A DNA stretch of 63,676 bases, filler included. It is 5 parts of 5 records of this genome, joined end to end, with 100 filler letters (N's around TTAATTAATTAA, not from the genome) between each part and the next. Parts side by side here need not be neighbours in the genome. Positions count along the whole stretch, not along the records: positions 1 to 24,330 come from DRR378314_1889; 4 more parts are not named here. One strand, 5' to 3'. Under the pieces are notes generated by a model. The model did no database searches and was not told where the DNA came from. It worked only from the letters and a program-made list of their open reading frames with translations. Made by a program: the position numbers and the translations under genes. Shown here one piece after another: positions 1 to 12,225 of the stretch (its first letter is position 1; the number at the start of each line of letters is the position of its first letter).

Positions 1-389
1 CTGCGCGTTACCGGGTTGGTACTCCCACCCGTAGCGATTGCGGGGAGCGATGAGGCAGGGATTGCATTCTTCCACATAGACGGTACTGTTTGTTATGAAA
101 AGTGCAGTACTACGAGTTTTGAGGAGGTGATGGATGGCTGTACTTTGGGGGCCCGTTTCCGTTTTTCACAGGGGAGCATTGTGCGCTCAGCGTGTCGCAG
201 GGTGGTTCTCGCTCGCACCCCTTGCACGTTTGTTTGCATGCTTGCCGCCCATTGCTTGCTGTGCCGGTGGTTTATGATGCTGAGCGAGAGGAATTCTCGA
301 CGAGGACAGAAGTATTGCTGAAGGGTGCTAACCGTTGCATTTATATAACCGAGCGATGGTTTTCGTTCTGCTACGCCCCGTTTTGTCAG

Positions 390-1233
390 GTTCTGGTGCT
401 TGCGCGCGAGCTGCATGCAATGGCAGAGCGGCGACAGAACTCGCTGTTTTCACTCGACGAGATGTATGATGCTGCTGTCCGGGTACGTTGGATGCGGGGA
501 AGCATTCAATCCCTCCCTGAATTTTGTTGGATCTCTGTATCTTGTTGCACAAGTAGCGTGAAGAGCTGTGTTTGGTGTTCCAGCACTAGGAGGTATTCCC
601 TTGCGGCGAAAGCGCGTACGACGAGGGCGGACGCCGCTCCACTGGACTTGTGCCGATGAAGCGCGTCTACCGGACTGGCCGTGTTGAGTCGGCGGGATAA
701 CCATCAGGCTCCAGGGCAAGAGGGTGTACGCGCTATCTACTGGTTTCGTCCTCTTGATCGTCTGCACTCACACGGACGTTGGAATTGCACGCTGTGACAC
801 ACCTGCTCTCTTGTCAGAATTTGCCGCAGTGCTGCTGACGCTTTGGGTTCTGCGGCATAGCAAGTACATCTGGTGGATTTAATTCAATCTGTATTGTTTC
901 TTCTTTTTTTTCTCTCTGTACCGCTTCCCAGGTTGGCATTCGTCTAGACACATTCCGGGATGTAATCGATTCATTAAACTTGCAAAATTATCTACTCAAG
1001 AAGGGGTACGTTGGCGAATGCTCGCATAGTGGCGGCCGAGCGCGCGGTTTTGTGTGTGCGCAACCAGTATCCTTGCGGGCGCTGCCCCACTACGCCGCGA
1101 TTGTTGCATGAAAGTGCAAAGGCTCTCGCTGACGTGCGTTCTTTTTGCTGGTGCATTCGGTGCCGACATGCTCCTCTGTAGATCGCGGTTGTATCAACTG
1201 CGCACTTCTGCGTTTGGACCATCGCAGCGATAG
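390..1233 (+). CDS. MCM8: MCM8 helicase, 3' end (partial; C-terminal winged-helix region), 3 exons
   Basis: Exons 390-482, 932-1005 and 1182-1233 have GT-AG ends and matching phases. They splice to VLVLARELHAMAERRQNSLFSLDEMYDAAVR-VGIRLDTFRDVIDSLNLQNYLLKKG-SRLYQLRTSAFGPSQR*, which resembles the MCM8 C-terminus (..SLNxQGYLLKKGxxxYQL). The 5' part lies outside the contig. Confidence 0.8.
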
Positions 1234-1978
1234 AACAGAGGCGGCGGTGGGAGACACCGTGATGTTCAGAGGACAGCCCGTTGGTTTCGGCTCCCATAGT
1301 CCGCGTGCAACGTGGGAGCGTGCTCCGTTGCGATGAAGAAGCTGATCCGTATTTCGCCAATGCAAGCTGATGAGCGTACAGGGTATACGGACGATACGAA
1401 CGACGAGGGGCAAACGCCTCCGGAGAAGGACCGAGGAAAGAGTACACTGTATTGAATCACCCCGGTATCGTCGGAATACTCTCTACGCTGCGGAGAGATA
1501 AGGTAGACGCCGCTTGGCCATTCCAACCTGCTGGAGGTGTTCACGGTGCACATAGTACGCTCGCCCTCCTTGGCGGAAACAGCGCCCGCTATCATTCGTG
1601 TTTCGGCTTGGGTCGCTGAGGTCAATGAGCAAACAAAAATGTATATATACACGAAGTACACCCTCACAAACTTCGTTTAGCGCACCAGGTGCGCGGCATT
1701 TCCCTGCACAGGGACAGGTGCGACTGTGAGTGGGTTAGAATCAAGGCGAGCACATCAGCGCCCAAGCCCGGCCTCTGGCGCCGTCCAAGAAAGGGAACGC
1801 CCGCAGGTGCGACCGCCGCTATTCCCTCGATGTCTGCGACCGAATCCATTGCAAAGGTCAGCAGCTATCCCACTGATCATACATGTTACGTGGGGAGCAG
1901 TATCGGCAAGGCGGCCGTCCCCCAAAGTCCAGGCGCGGAAGTGTGCCCCAGGCACCAGCACCTGCGCACGCCGACCTA

Positions 1979-4900
1979 CTACACCTCTGCAGTTGCCCGC
2001 GCGGCGCGGCGCTTCTCACGCTTGAAGCGGACATCGTAGTAGAGACCGGCTGTGAATACAGCGACACCCACGATTCCCATTGGTGAGATCGGCTTCGGGA
2101 AAATAATGTACGAGACGATAATGGTAAGAACTTTTCGGCACACGCCGACAATCATTGCGGTGTCGGCGCAGAACTCCTTGATGAGCTTCGTCCAAAAAAG
2201 TGTACCGACGTATCCGATGATGGCAGATAGGAACACATATTTTATCAACCCACTTTGACCTTCGTCAAGCTCCTGCACAAGTGCGCAGTGCGCGGCAAGG
2301 GATGTGGAGCCCAGAAACCGAAAACACGCCCCCAGGGGAGTACTTGAGCTTGCGCTTGGACGCCGCTATCTGCTGCGTAGGAAATCACAGCGTGCGTCGC
2401 ACGCGCTGATGATTTCTCATGCAGAGGTGAATACCTCGGCAGGCGAGGCTCTGGATATAGCAGCCCACGATTGGCGGTGCCGCGCACTTGGTAACAGGCA
2501 GCAACTGCTTCAATCGGTTGTTTCTTTTTTTGTGGCTGAAACTTCTCGTAGCGGACGCCTCGGCCCATCTCTTCTGGATCTTTCTTCGAAGCAGCCCGCC
2601 TAGCTGCACAGGATGCCGCGGTTTGCTATTGCCAGACGTACCATGAGAGCAGACATTTCTCCAGATACAAACGTTGCGCCAAGAGCGATGGCAAATCCAA
2701 GTAAATTTGACTGGAAGAGCTGCAGAGTCGTCGTGGGGAGCCGGGCAAGCGTCATAGGCCGACGAGTTCGCGAGAAGCGAGAAAGAAAATTTAGCGCACC
2801 GCTGCTCCGTGGAATAACGATGACTGCAAGAAAAGGTGTGAGCACAAGCTTCGCAGAGCCGACAAAGAAAGTACCAATATCACCTGGACGCGTGATATTG
2901 TTCGGGAATACAATAACTCTCCGCAATGTTCTCCTTCATGTTGCTCGACTGCAGTTCCAGTTCTATAAGCACCAGCACTCCCGCCGCCTACTGACGTACG
3001 CGAGCAAGACGACGCACACAGCTAGGCCGCCGAGTCGTGTGTGTCCAGTGCACTGCGCGATTCCTGGAATCGCCGTACCATCTCGTGCATTGGCATCTCG
3101 TAGTGCCGCATCAGCCTCTCCTGGAACGTTGCGACTATTGTCTCGGAGCTCATTGACAGCGTGACCAGTACAATACCTGTGCTCAGCAGCCAGAAACGCA
3201 CATGTAGTGCAGTGCATGCGATCGGTCGAAATGAGCAGAGGAAGCGCCTTCTCGCGTGACAGTCGTGCTAGACTGAGACGGATGTATAATGCCGGGGAAA
3301 CGGCATGCGCTACAACATCTGCCCAAGCTGGTGCATAGGCAGGTACTCTAGGTGTCCAGTGTGTCGTCCGAGAGCACCGCATAGCGACCGCTGATACTTG
3401 ATCACTCTCCAGGATTCCCTAGCAAGGATCTTGTTTGTCCAGTTTTTTTTTTCTCTCTGCAAACCCATGATTTGCAAGCGTACCGAGAGGATCGAACGTA
3501 GGCTCGAGAGACTTTGCAGCCACTGTAAACGTCGATGCACCGATGCACAAGAGCGTGGCTGACAAGTACTGCAGAAGAAGAGAAAAAAGAGTGAAAAGCA
3601 GCAGGAAAACATACCACGAGCAATGCATACACGCAAAGACAATACAGCATAATCCATCAAGTCGTGAGAGTAGCGGACGCATTTAAAAACCCGCGACGGC
3701 TAGCGCGGCTGCCGCTCCCTCGCTGCTGCGAAGTGATTCAGGAAAGCAGAGCATGGCCGACGAAATCTGGACCGCGCAACGGCAGAACAGAGACTGTACA
3801 GCACAGTGCATTCACTACTAGGTCATAACCGTCGCGCGGGATCGCCTACTGATCCGCACGGGAGACAATTTATCAACAATGTGAAAGTGGTGACAGCTAC
3901 TACGGCGTGCTTGTGTAAGAAGCGACGGCTTTTCTCATGATCAACGCCATTGATTCACGCAAGAAAACATCGATGCCTTTGAATCGCCTTCGTGTCACAG
4001 TACACGCGTATAGAGGACCGAGTAGCTCACCTGTTTGAGCCGATAATGTTTCCGATTGACAGCGATTCCAAATGCCATGGCCAGAAGTACCTTTTTTCGT
4101 ACCCGACAAGGGCGAAGAACAAGAAAGTTGGAGCGCAGCGACGAGAATGTCTCTGTTTGTCGCAGCACAGCAGTGAGGACAGCGGTCTGCGTGCAGGCGC
4201 ATACTAGGTCGGTACAACTTTGCCTGTCCAGTGCGCCCGCTTGTACATTTGTTGCATGGCGCTCAGGGTAGGCCACCGCTTCGAAGCTGTTACCCGTGGT
4301 TCATTTCGAAATGCACAGACATAATATTGTAGCTCTTCTGCCAGCTACAAGACTAAACCTGCGTCCCACTAGTACTCATCGAGCACTCTGGCCTCTACAA
4401 CCCTACATGTGCGCCAACGCAGCAGCGAAATGCATGTATGCCGTGCCCAACCCCCAAATCACGCAACGGAGCACTACATCACCCCCCTTTGCATGTATGT
4501 ACACTTTGCATCTGTGACGTACTTTGGACGACTTGAGCATCGCAACGGTGGGATACCCTATAAAGCGCAAGGCGAACAACGTAAGGACGCGAGCGCCCAA
4601 AAACGATGCGCCGATCGACATGACCAATAGGAGAGCGTCGCTGCACGAATCACAAGGTACGGCAGTAAAGAGAAGCAATGGAGCGAAAACAGGCACAGAA
4701 ATTATGATGAACGATTGCTACGTGAGTGAGTAACGTTCTGACTCGGGGCAAGCAACGGAGCCTCGCGTTTCGCAGCGCGTGCCCCATGCGTCGTCGCTGA
4801 ACGACGTGAGCGCATGCGCTGTGACAGTGTAAGAAATCAGGAAGATACACAAGATCTGCGCATATTCTTTGGATTTCTGCTTCGCAAGCACCATGCGAAG

Positions 4901-6130
4901 AACAAAAATGCTGAAATGCACGAAAACCTAAGCTCTGCGAAAGCACTGCCGTGCTCGGAAATGCCATGGCGCCCGGCACCCGCGTATTCATGCCTTCGAG
5001 GTCGTACCGATTGAAGCGTATTCCCGGCTGGCCCTCGCGCAGTTTGCCGTAGTACGACGCAACGACAAAAACCAGGCCCTCGACGAGGCCACCGAACCTG
5101 TACAGGGCGATCGAATGGTATATACAAACATATATACAAGCAGATATCGCGCGTTAGAGGAGGTGGATTCACTCCCGCGCAACCGCACGCGAACGAGCCT
5201 GAGGAGAGGCTCGAGAACGCGACGTACCACGAGAAGTGAAACTTGCGGCTCCGGAATATGTATTCCTGCATACAGTCACGCAAACATGGCAACACCGGGC
5301 ATTTATACACACTCAGCGTTTTGCATACATACTGATATCGTACACTCTTGTTAGTATCGTTTTCGGGCAAACGAAAGACGAGGAACGTCAAAAGTAGACA
5401 GCGGCGCAAGCTCGCTAGCAGAAGAGCGTGAAGGATTGAGGGAACAGTGTACTCGCTCGTGTGCGCTCGCGCGAGTACACCGCCTTCCGCCTTGCGCACT
5501 CTGTTTCCGTAGTGTTGTGTGGTACATCCATCCAAGATTTACGCAAGAAACGCGTGCGTATTACTGCAGTCACACAGGGCATGGTAGCATGCGGCGGATG
5601 TGTTGGGCTCGCGACAAACGTACGGTGAGAGCCGCGCGCGCCATAAAGGGCAGAAAAATGCCGACCATGAGAAGGGCGAGCAGCAGTGCGCGTGAAGCCG
5701 GCTGTTTCTGCAGCTTCTCCTGCTGCGCCTGGATGTACGCGCGCGCCAAGTCTGGATCTGAGCGCGACTCTTTCAAAAAGAAGCGCTGGTCGACACCGGA
5801 AGCCGCAGCATCAATGGCAGCCAGCGCAGCATTGGAGGCGGACGTCTCGCTGTGCAAAGGCGCGTCGGCGTGCGTGTCGTCGTCGACCTTGGCGTGGCGT
5901 CGCCCGAAACTGAGCGACAGCCAGCGCGCGAGTGAGCTGAGCGGCCCCGGGGACGTCGTGTCCGCCGGCGCAGAGTACTCTACAAATTCCGCATAGCCTG
6001 ACTGCGGTCCTTGAACGCGCCTCATTCGTGTGAATGGGGAGGCACCGACAAGTTGCGCCAGCGCAGCAAACGGGCGTCGAAAGGCGGCGTTGGGCTTCGG
6101 TGCGGGAGCGTCCACGGCAAGCGAGCCCAT
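1979..6130 (-). CDS. UAA-family nucleotide-sugar/PAPS transporter (SLC35B/UTR-like), multi-exon
   Basis: Spliced pieces: GIFLPFMARAALT|EYIFRSRKFHFSW, ALRFIGYPTVAMLKSSK|VLLAMAFGIAVNRKHYRLKQ|YLSATLLCIGASTFTVA, GIVLVTLSMSSETIVATFQERLMRHY, LFQSNLLGF, and last exon LIKEFCADTAMIVGVCRKVLTIIVSYIIFPKP (TAG at 1979). These match the YP..KS.K and RK..T...S...F.KP motifs of SLC35B proteins. The start codon is uncertain; an acceptor at 6204 allows further upstream exons. Confidence 0.85.
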
Positions 6131-8292
6131 AGGAGCTTCTTCCGCCAGCGCGTCCAGCACGAGACTCTCTCGCCCGGCGAAGCCGACGCAGCGGTCACAG
6201 CGTGCTAATTATCTTCTGCTGTATTGTAGTATGGAAGGCGTTCAATGTCAATATATACTATCGGGAAGTGGGGCGGCTACAGTTTGCCACGCGCTTGAAT
6301 GTGCACGCGGTGCCGGACAGGAAGACGCCGTGCTGCACCGCGCGCCAGGCGGGGAGGAGGCGCGGGTGCTGCAAAGCATCATCCTTCTCATTGTCGTCTG
6401 TCTGATACCTATTCGACATTGCGTGCTGGTATGGCGGACATTGTCGCGCGTTGCTGGTCGAATAGCGTACCAAGAGTGCCGCTCCCACGTCTGCAAACGC
6501 TAACCCTACCCGAGCAAACAGCGGTATGCGGAGCCAGTTGCAGAAGAGTTTCGATGGGCGCTTCCTCTCCTGCCAGGGCAAGCTGTCGACGCTTTTCGCA
6601 CTATGTCGCGGGTGCACTGCGCCTTGTACGCGCACAGATCGTTATCACGATTGATTGACAGAAACGTCGCGTACTTGGCATACGAATAGAGCGTTTGTGA
6701 GGATAGCGGTGCGTATTATCGCCTGCCAGCCGGCAACTCCTCCGAGCTCAAGCAACAAGTGGCGGTAGTGGCAGGTCGACGGGAAAGCGCCTGCTGCAGA
6801 GGTCGGTTAGCGTGTCGCGTAGCGGGGTTGCTCGATCGTGAGAGCTGCGCGACATGTGTTGAACATTCGACACATGCCGAGCCAGCGGGGTCTTGTCCAT
6901 GCGCGCGTGCGGCGATGCGAGGCATGCCCTTGGAAATTTCTGGAAGCCGCAGCTGTCAGCCGCCCTTCCGAAGGTGCGTCGCAGGCGCTGTCCGCGCCCG
7001 TTCTTTCGGTCAGAAATGCCCCATAGCAAAGCACACTACCCATCCGCGCCCGTGTCTTCGTACATACCCGCGGCATGCGATGATGCGCTGCTTGAATGCA
7101 TGTAAAGCTTGTGAATATACGAGTTTCGCGCGGAGGCTCTGCTTGGGCTTGTCGCTTTGGCACGGGCGTAGCCCGCGTCGCTTGAACAGCGCTCCGTCGC
7201 CGACGTTCCGGCCGTGGACTCACGGCGCCGCCTGCTGCCTCAGCAACGCGACACGGACTCTGTTGCGGGCGTTTGTTGCAGTGCATTTGCGTTTGGGCAG
7301 ATTTGGTCTGTATTACATACGTATTTCCGTTTCGCGCGCCATAGGAAAGGTGCCGCGTCGTGCTGCCAGCAGTCGCGCTAGGCCGAAGCGGGGCAAGCGA
7401 AACAAGGATTCTTCGCTGCGACTTTGTGCGCTGGGACGTTGCCTCTACACCAGCGCGCGCTGCACTCTCCTGGGTCGCTCGCTTTTCTCCAGGCTTAGCG
7501 CTGTTTCGCGACGTTCCTCTTCCTTTTGGACCTTGCAAGCTCCATAAGCCCCTGCTTTGAGTAATTGACACGTTATACGTTTTGCTTGCCTCTGCCGCGC
7601 CTGGGTGTGCTGAGAGGGCCGTGATTTCCAGAGTATTTGGTGTGCGCCGGCTGCTGAAGGGCCTGGCCGCAGTCGTGTGCGCAGTCTAGGCGTTGGCGAT
7701 TTGGCCCCGCTCGTGCACGTGCACGCGCGCGGGCTTTTTGCCTGCGTCCCTGGGTGGGAGCCCTCCGCGCTGCCTGGCGCACACGGCGCTGGGTCGCACA
7801 CACGCTCCACGCTGTTCATACTTGCACTTAAAATATTACGTCTTGCAGTGTAGATGTAATGCATGCATTTCGTTTTCTTGCATTGGGCTAGGCATGGCCT
7901 CTTGGCGAACATTCTTTGCGCCGCTCGGAAGGTGTTCGCGGACGTTGGCGCCTACCAGCGGTTCCAGGGAAGGTTCTGCGGCCGAGCGTTCGCGAAGCGC
8001 GTGACGACCGCGCGCGCTGCTGCAGCCTTCTCCGAGCTTTGCTTTCCTTGCGTGCGCGGGGTCGCTGCACTTGTCGTAATTCTCATCGCACCTCTAAAAA
8101 CTGTGCTGAACGGTTTACATTTGGAAGCATCTAACAGCGTTTCTCTGTGGGCTTCGCGCGCATTTCTCCCTTTTTGGGTCGCTCTGCTGTGCTGTGCGAC
8201 AATTTCAACTGCAGGACCGTGCCCGTTTCGCATAGATCCATTCTCCACCCACGCGCTTTGCCCGCACGTTCGTGTCGACGCTTTATCCTACT

Positions 8293-8872
8293 ATGATTGC
8301 AAACCGAGCTGGTTCTGAAGCCGCGAAAATCTTTGCGTGGCTAGGCATCGCCACGGTGGTGTCCGTATCGGTGTCTCGCATGTCGCACGGTATGTGCTGT
8401 CTTCGTCGAACTTGCGAACGCCGCACCTGTTTGCCGCGCGTAAGCCTGGGAATCCGTGTCGCCTCGCCAACGCCGTTTGGCACGGCACAAGCTCTGCGGG
8501 GACGCCGGTGATGGAGTGATCTTGCTCTTGCCAGGGACACTGTCGTCTTGGCGAGAAGTAGCTCATTTCCGCGCAGGCCCTTTCTTCTGCGCCAATGCGC
8601 GCGCATCAGGGTGGTGGCGGCGGGTATGCTGCCCGCGCCGGAGCAGGTTCTGGGCCCTGAGTATGAACCCTCGCCCTTGTAGTTCGCTCGGTTATTCGGT
8701 TCATAAACTTGGCGGGCGTATTTGTGCTTCTCGTATTGCTCTTCTTACACCTCGCGGTTGCTCGCAATTTGCAGTGTACACGCCGAAGACTATGACGGCG
8801 GAGTGGCGCGCTGAGACTCTTGAGCGTGCGCGCAACGAGGGCCGCAATCCATTCTACAATCGTCTCAACTGA
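8293..8872 (+). CDS. Short cytochrome c oxidase subunit IV (COX4-family)-like protein, 2 exons
   Basis: Exons 8293-8389 and 8775-8872 (phase-1 GT-AG intron) give 64 aa: MIANRAGSEAAKIFAWLGIATVVSVSVSRMSHVYTPKTMTAEWRAETLERARNEGRNPFYNRLN. One TM helix is followed by PKTM..EW......NP, as in the COX4/fungal Cox5 C-terminus. An upstream exon is possible. Confidence 0.55.
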
Positions 8873-9563
8873 AGAGGCGACCGTAGAAGTCTGCGCTGAA
8901 TTGGAGGTCTCGTTGTGCGCAACCGAAGTGCTGAAGATTCCGTAGCTGCTCTTAGTAGCAGGCCTCTTCCCTCGTAAGCGCCTCGCTTTTTGTTGTATCG
9001 CTTGCCGGTAGCACTGCATCCCGCAGCGAACTGCCGCTCCGTCGCGGCGGGCGCAGCCCGCGTGCTGTACAAATCCCGCGCGACAATACACGCTGTTCGT
9101 GTCTATGTCGGTCTGACCAACTTTTAACCTTTTTTTGGCGGACGTCCACGCGCAATCAACACATTCATTCGCGACCGCACGATCCTATTGGACGTAGTTC
9201 TACTGGGTTGTGTCCACAGAGCGCACACGCGGCTCTTTTCGATAGCAAGGCGGTGTAGTGCTACGAGCGAGCGCGATGTCGCTTGGGATCCTCGGAGCAC
9301 CACAGGACTGCCCTAGCACACGCGCTTGCCAGTGCAAACCAATACCAAGGTGCAGTGCGCCCGCAATGACGCCAATGAATAAGATTTCGATCACAGTATT
9401 GGCCTCATCGAAGCCAGGAATAGGGTGTTGCAACGATACATTTTTTATTGTCTGCCTTCGTGTACTTCACAAAGCGACCAGCACACTGGGAAAAGGCAGA
9501 GCATGGAGGCGTTCCAGGGTCGAGGCGCAGTGCACCAGGGCCCAGCGCCGCTCGCGCTCCTGC

Positions 9564-12225
9564 TCAGAACACGCACTGGCAAATCGCCGCGATCACGAAG
9601 AAGAGAATCAGGCCGATAACGGTGAACAGCTGCATCATAATTGGCACACGAGAAAAAAAGGGGAAGCACAGCAAATGCAGCGTTAGAAAACTGCAGGGAA
9701 GTTCTGCGCGAATGCGCGCATCCAGCTGAGCGAGTAGAGCGGCAAGCACGGAGCATGTTGACCTTCCACGCGATGCTATACGGAACGGCACTAGGAGTCC
9801 TTTTTGCTGGGAATCAGCAGCAAAGACCGCATGGAGGCGAACGCGCATTGCCGAGAGCTACGTTGACAGAGTCTAACAGAGCGGTGCCATGAAAAGCAGC
9901 GCGGCATACCAGCAGGCTCATTTTGCAGTTCTTCCACCACATTTGCTTCTTCAGCTGCGTTGACGATTTCTTGAACTGTGTGATCGACACGCACCGCGGT
10001 GGCGACAGGGGCACGCCATGCGCGCACAAGACAAGCACCCTTGTAAGAGAGGAGCGTGTGCGCTTGGTCGATGCACACCGTGGAAAAGTATAAAAGTGAT
10101 GCAACATATATATCCCACATCAGTAGCTATCATTCCCAGATTTACAGACGGCAGAGCTGGCCGGGTGGAGAAACTCGTTAGCAGCCTCGCGCGGGACAGC
10201 GGTCGGCAGATGTAGAACACGGCATGTGCATGTTCTCATTCGCACCTGTTGTGCGGAAACAGTCATCTGGTCAGACTTTTCCATGAGTGTCTGGTACAGC
10301 AAAGGAGAAGCGAATGAGAGCGCATCTTTCGTGAGTTCATGTGGTCGCAAAGTGTCAGAGAGCGTTTTTCTAACGAGCATTTCTGGCGAAACAAGCAGAA
10401 TATCCTATTCGTGCAAATGAACAAGTCTTTGCACGGCAACAAGGCTTGGCAAAGCGCAACATCGCCGCGCGATCGCATATCCAAGGAATTGAGCGGAAAG
10501 CAAAGCGTGCTAGCCACGTACTGTAGGATTCTTCTTGCGACTAGCATTCTTGTCAAACGTACCTCTAACTTTTCACCTCGATCCATTACCATCTCGATAT
10601 TCTGAGCCATGACGCCCTTGACTTCGTCCACGCGCGACGAAACCCTCGCAAGCTTGTCATCGGAGCTCTCGGCCTAGCAAGCACCGATCGCACGACGTTC
10701 AAAAGCGCCCCCCCCCACCCCCGCGCCAAAGCACCATGACTCCAACTCATTAGCACGTGGGGCCAGTGTGCCAAAGGATCCTCCAACAATGCGTGGAGAG
10801 CGCGGTCCCACTCTCATGCGGGCTAGTAGATGCCGGCGCTTGACTGCTCCTTACTTTACGGCATCGCAGCGAGGCAACGGGCGGCATAAAGACACATGCT
10901 CGATACCTATCTGTACGGAAGCTTTCCCGAGCGACGCCGGCAAGAAAGGAGCACAAAACAATTGCAGAGTGATTGCATCTTCAAATTCATCTAGGAAACC
11001 TTGCGTCAGTTCGACCTGTCTTCCTGCGGCATTTTGAAAGCACAGCGTATCACGCAAAGGACAGACCAAGGTCTACCGTGCGCATAATGGTAGAGGCGCA
11101 TTGCGCGGCGCGCACCGCAACCCGCACCGACGTTGATCGAAAAACTGCCACGCACCATCAGTTTTTTCATTGTTGGACCAAACCGCCCACTGAGCTCGCC
11201 GGGGCCGGCGGAGCTGACTGCGTCACCGCATTGGATCAAGAAGGCGTTTGCAAGCTGCAGACGGGCAACAAGGCATCGCCGGACCGGGCCATGGCAAATC
11301 ACTACGGATGGCTTCTGGGGCATGGCGTACACGCAACGCGTCATGGGCGCCTTGTGTTCGAAACCCGACTGTATGCAACTTATCATAGTGGTAAGCAAGC
11401 AACCAAGCGCAAGGCAAGTGCGAGAAACGTACGCTGCGCAGGAACTGGTTTGCGATGGCACGCTCCTCGGAGCCGGCCAGTGCGAGGTAAACGACATCTC
11501 CTTTTTTGACGTAAAAATACATCATTCTGCACAGGGATTTGCGCGCCACCGACACCACGCGACAAATCAGGGATCACATATTCACGTTATTTCCGTGCGT
11601 AGTCGGTGGGACTTTCCCCGCAAGACGCACAGCAACTTGTGCCGACCGCAGGCGGACGAGCTTCCGCAACGGAGTTGAGTGCGGAAACGGTAGCATCAAC
11701 ACCGAAGAAAAGATGTGATGAAACGAATCCATCTCCGGAAAAGTGCATCCAGCATTATACGGTGGTACAACAGGCGATAGCGATAGACATTGTGCGTCGG
11801 GGAAAGTGGCGCGCTCACGGCAACCAGCGCTTGCACATAGGTGTAGCAGCCGCCGGCTAGCCCGTTTCGGCCACTGCGAGCTGCGGCGAGCACGCTGTTC
11901 TGCGACGCAGCGAGCTTTCGTACCCGGCACCAGCTTCGAGCGCACTTTCCACGTTCTGCACCATACTTGCTGCCTGTACAATCGTCCGAGCAAAGGATAG
12001 AGGTAAGCAATGTGCAGAGGCGGGCGCAACATTGGCGCCTGCTACGCTGCGCCTGGCCTATCAGGTTGCGAAACCGGAGACGCTGTGCGCACGCGTTGCT
12101 GCACAGCGACGTCCGTACCTGACCAAGAATGTTTGCGGCCTTCGCCTGAAAGCGGCTTGTAGACCCCGTTTGGTGCTCGCACAGGATAGTCGCATTGCGA
12201 GCCACAATTGCGTGTAGAATTGGCA
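9564..12225 (-). CDS. VAMP7: VAMP7-type longin R-SNARE, multi-exon
   Basis: Longin start PILHAIVARNATILCEH (exon 12119-12225), then MYFYVKKGDVVYLAL. SNARE motif DKLARVSSRVDEVKGVMAQNIEMVMDRGEKLE|TLMEKSDQMTVSAQQ|FKKSSTQLKKQMWWKNCK, then a C-terminal TM segment LFTVIGLILFFVIAAIC. The initiator codon was not located. Confidence 0.9.

Noticed and set aside
55..95. Minus-strand TVPSMWKNAI resembling a LINE reverse-transcriptase motif
   Set aside because: Too short, with no other RT motifs nearby; the region is best explained as an MCM8 intron.
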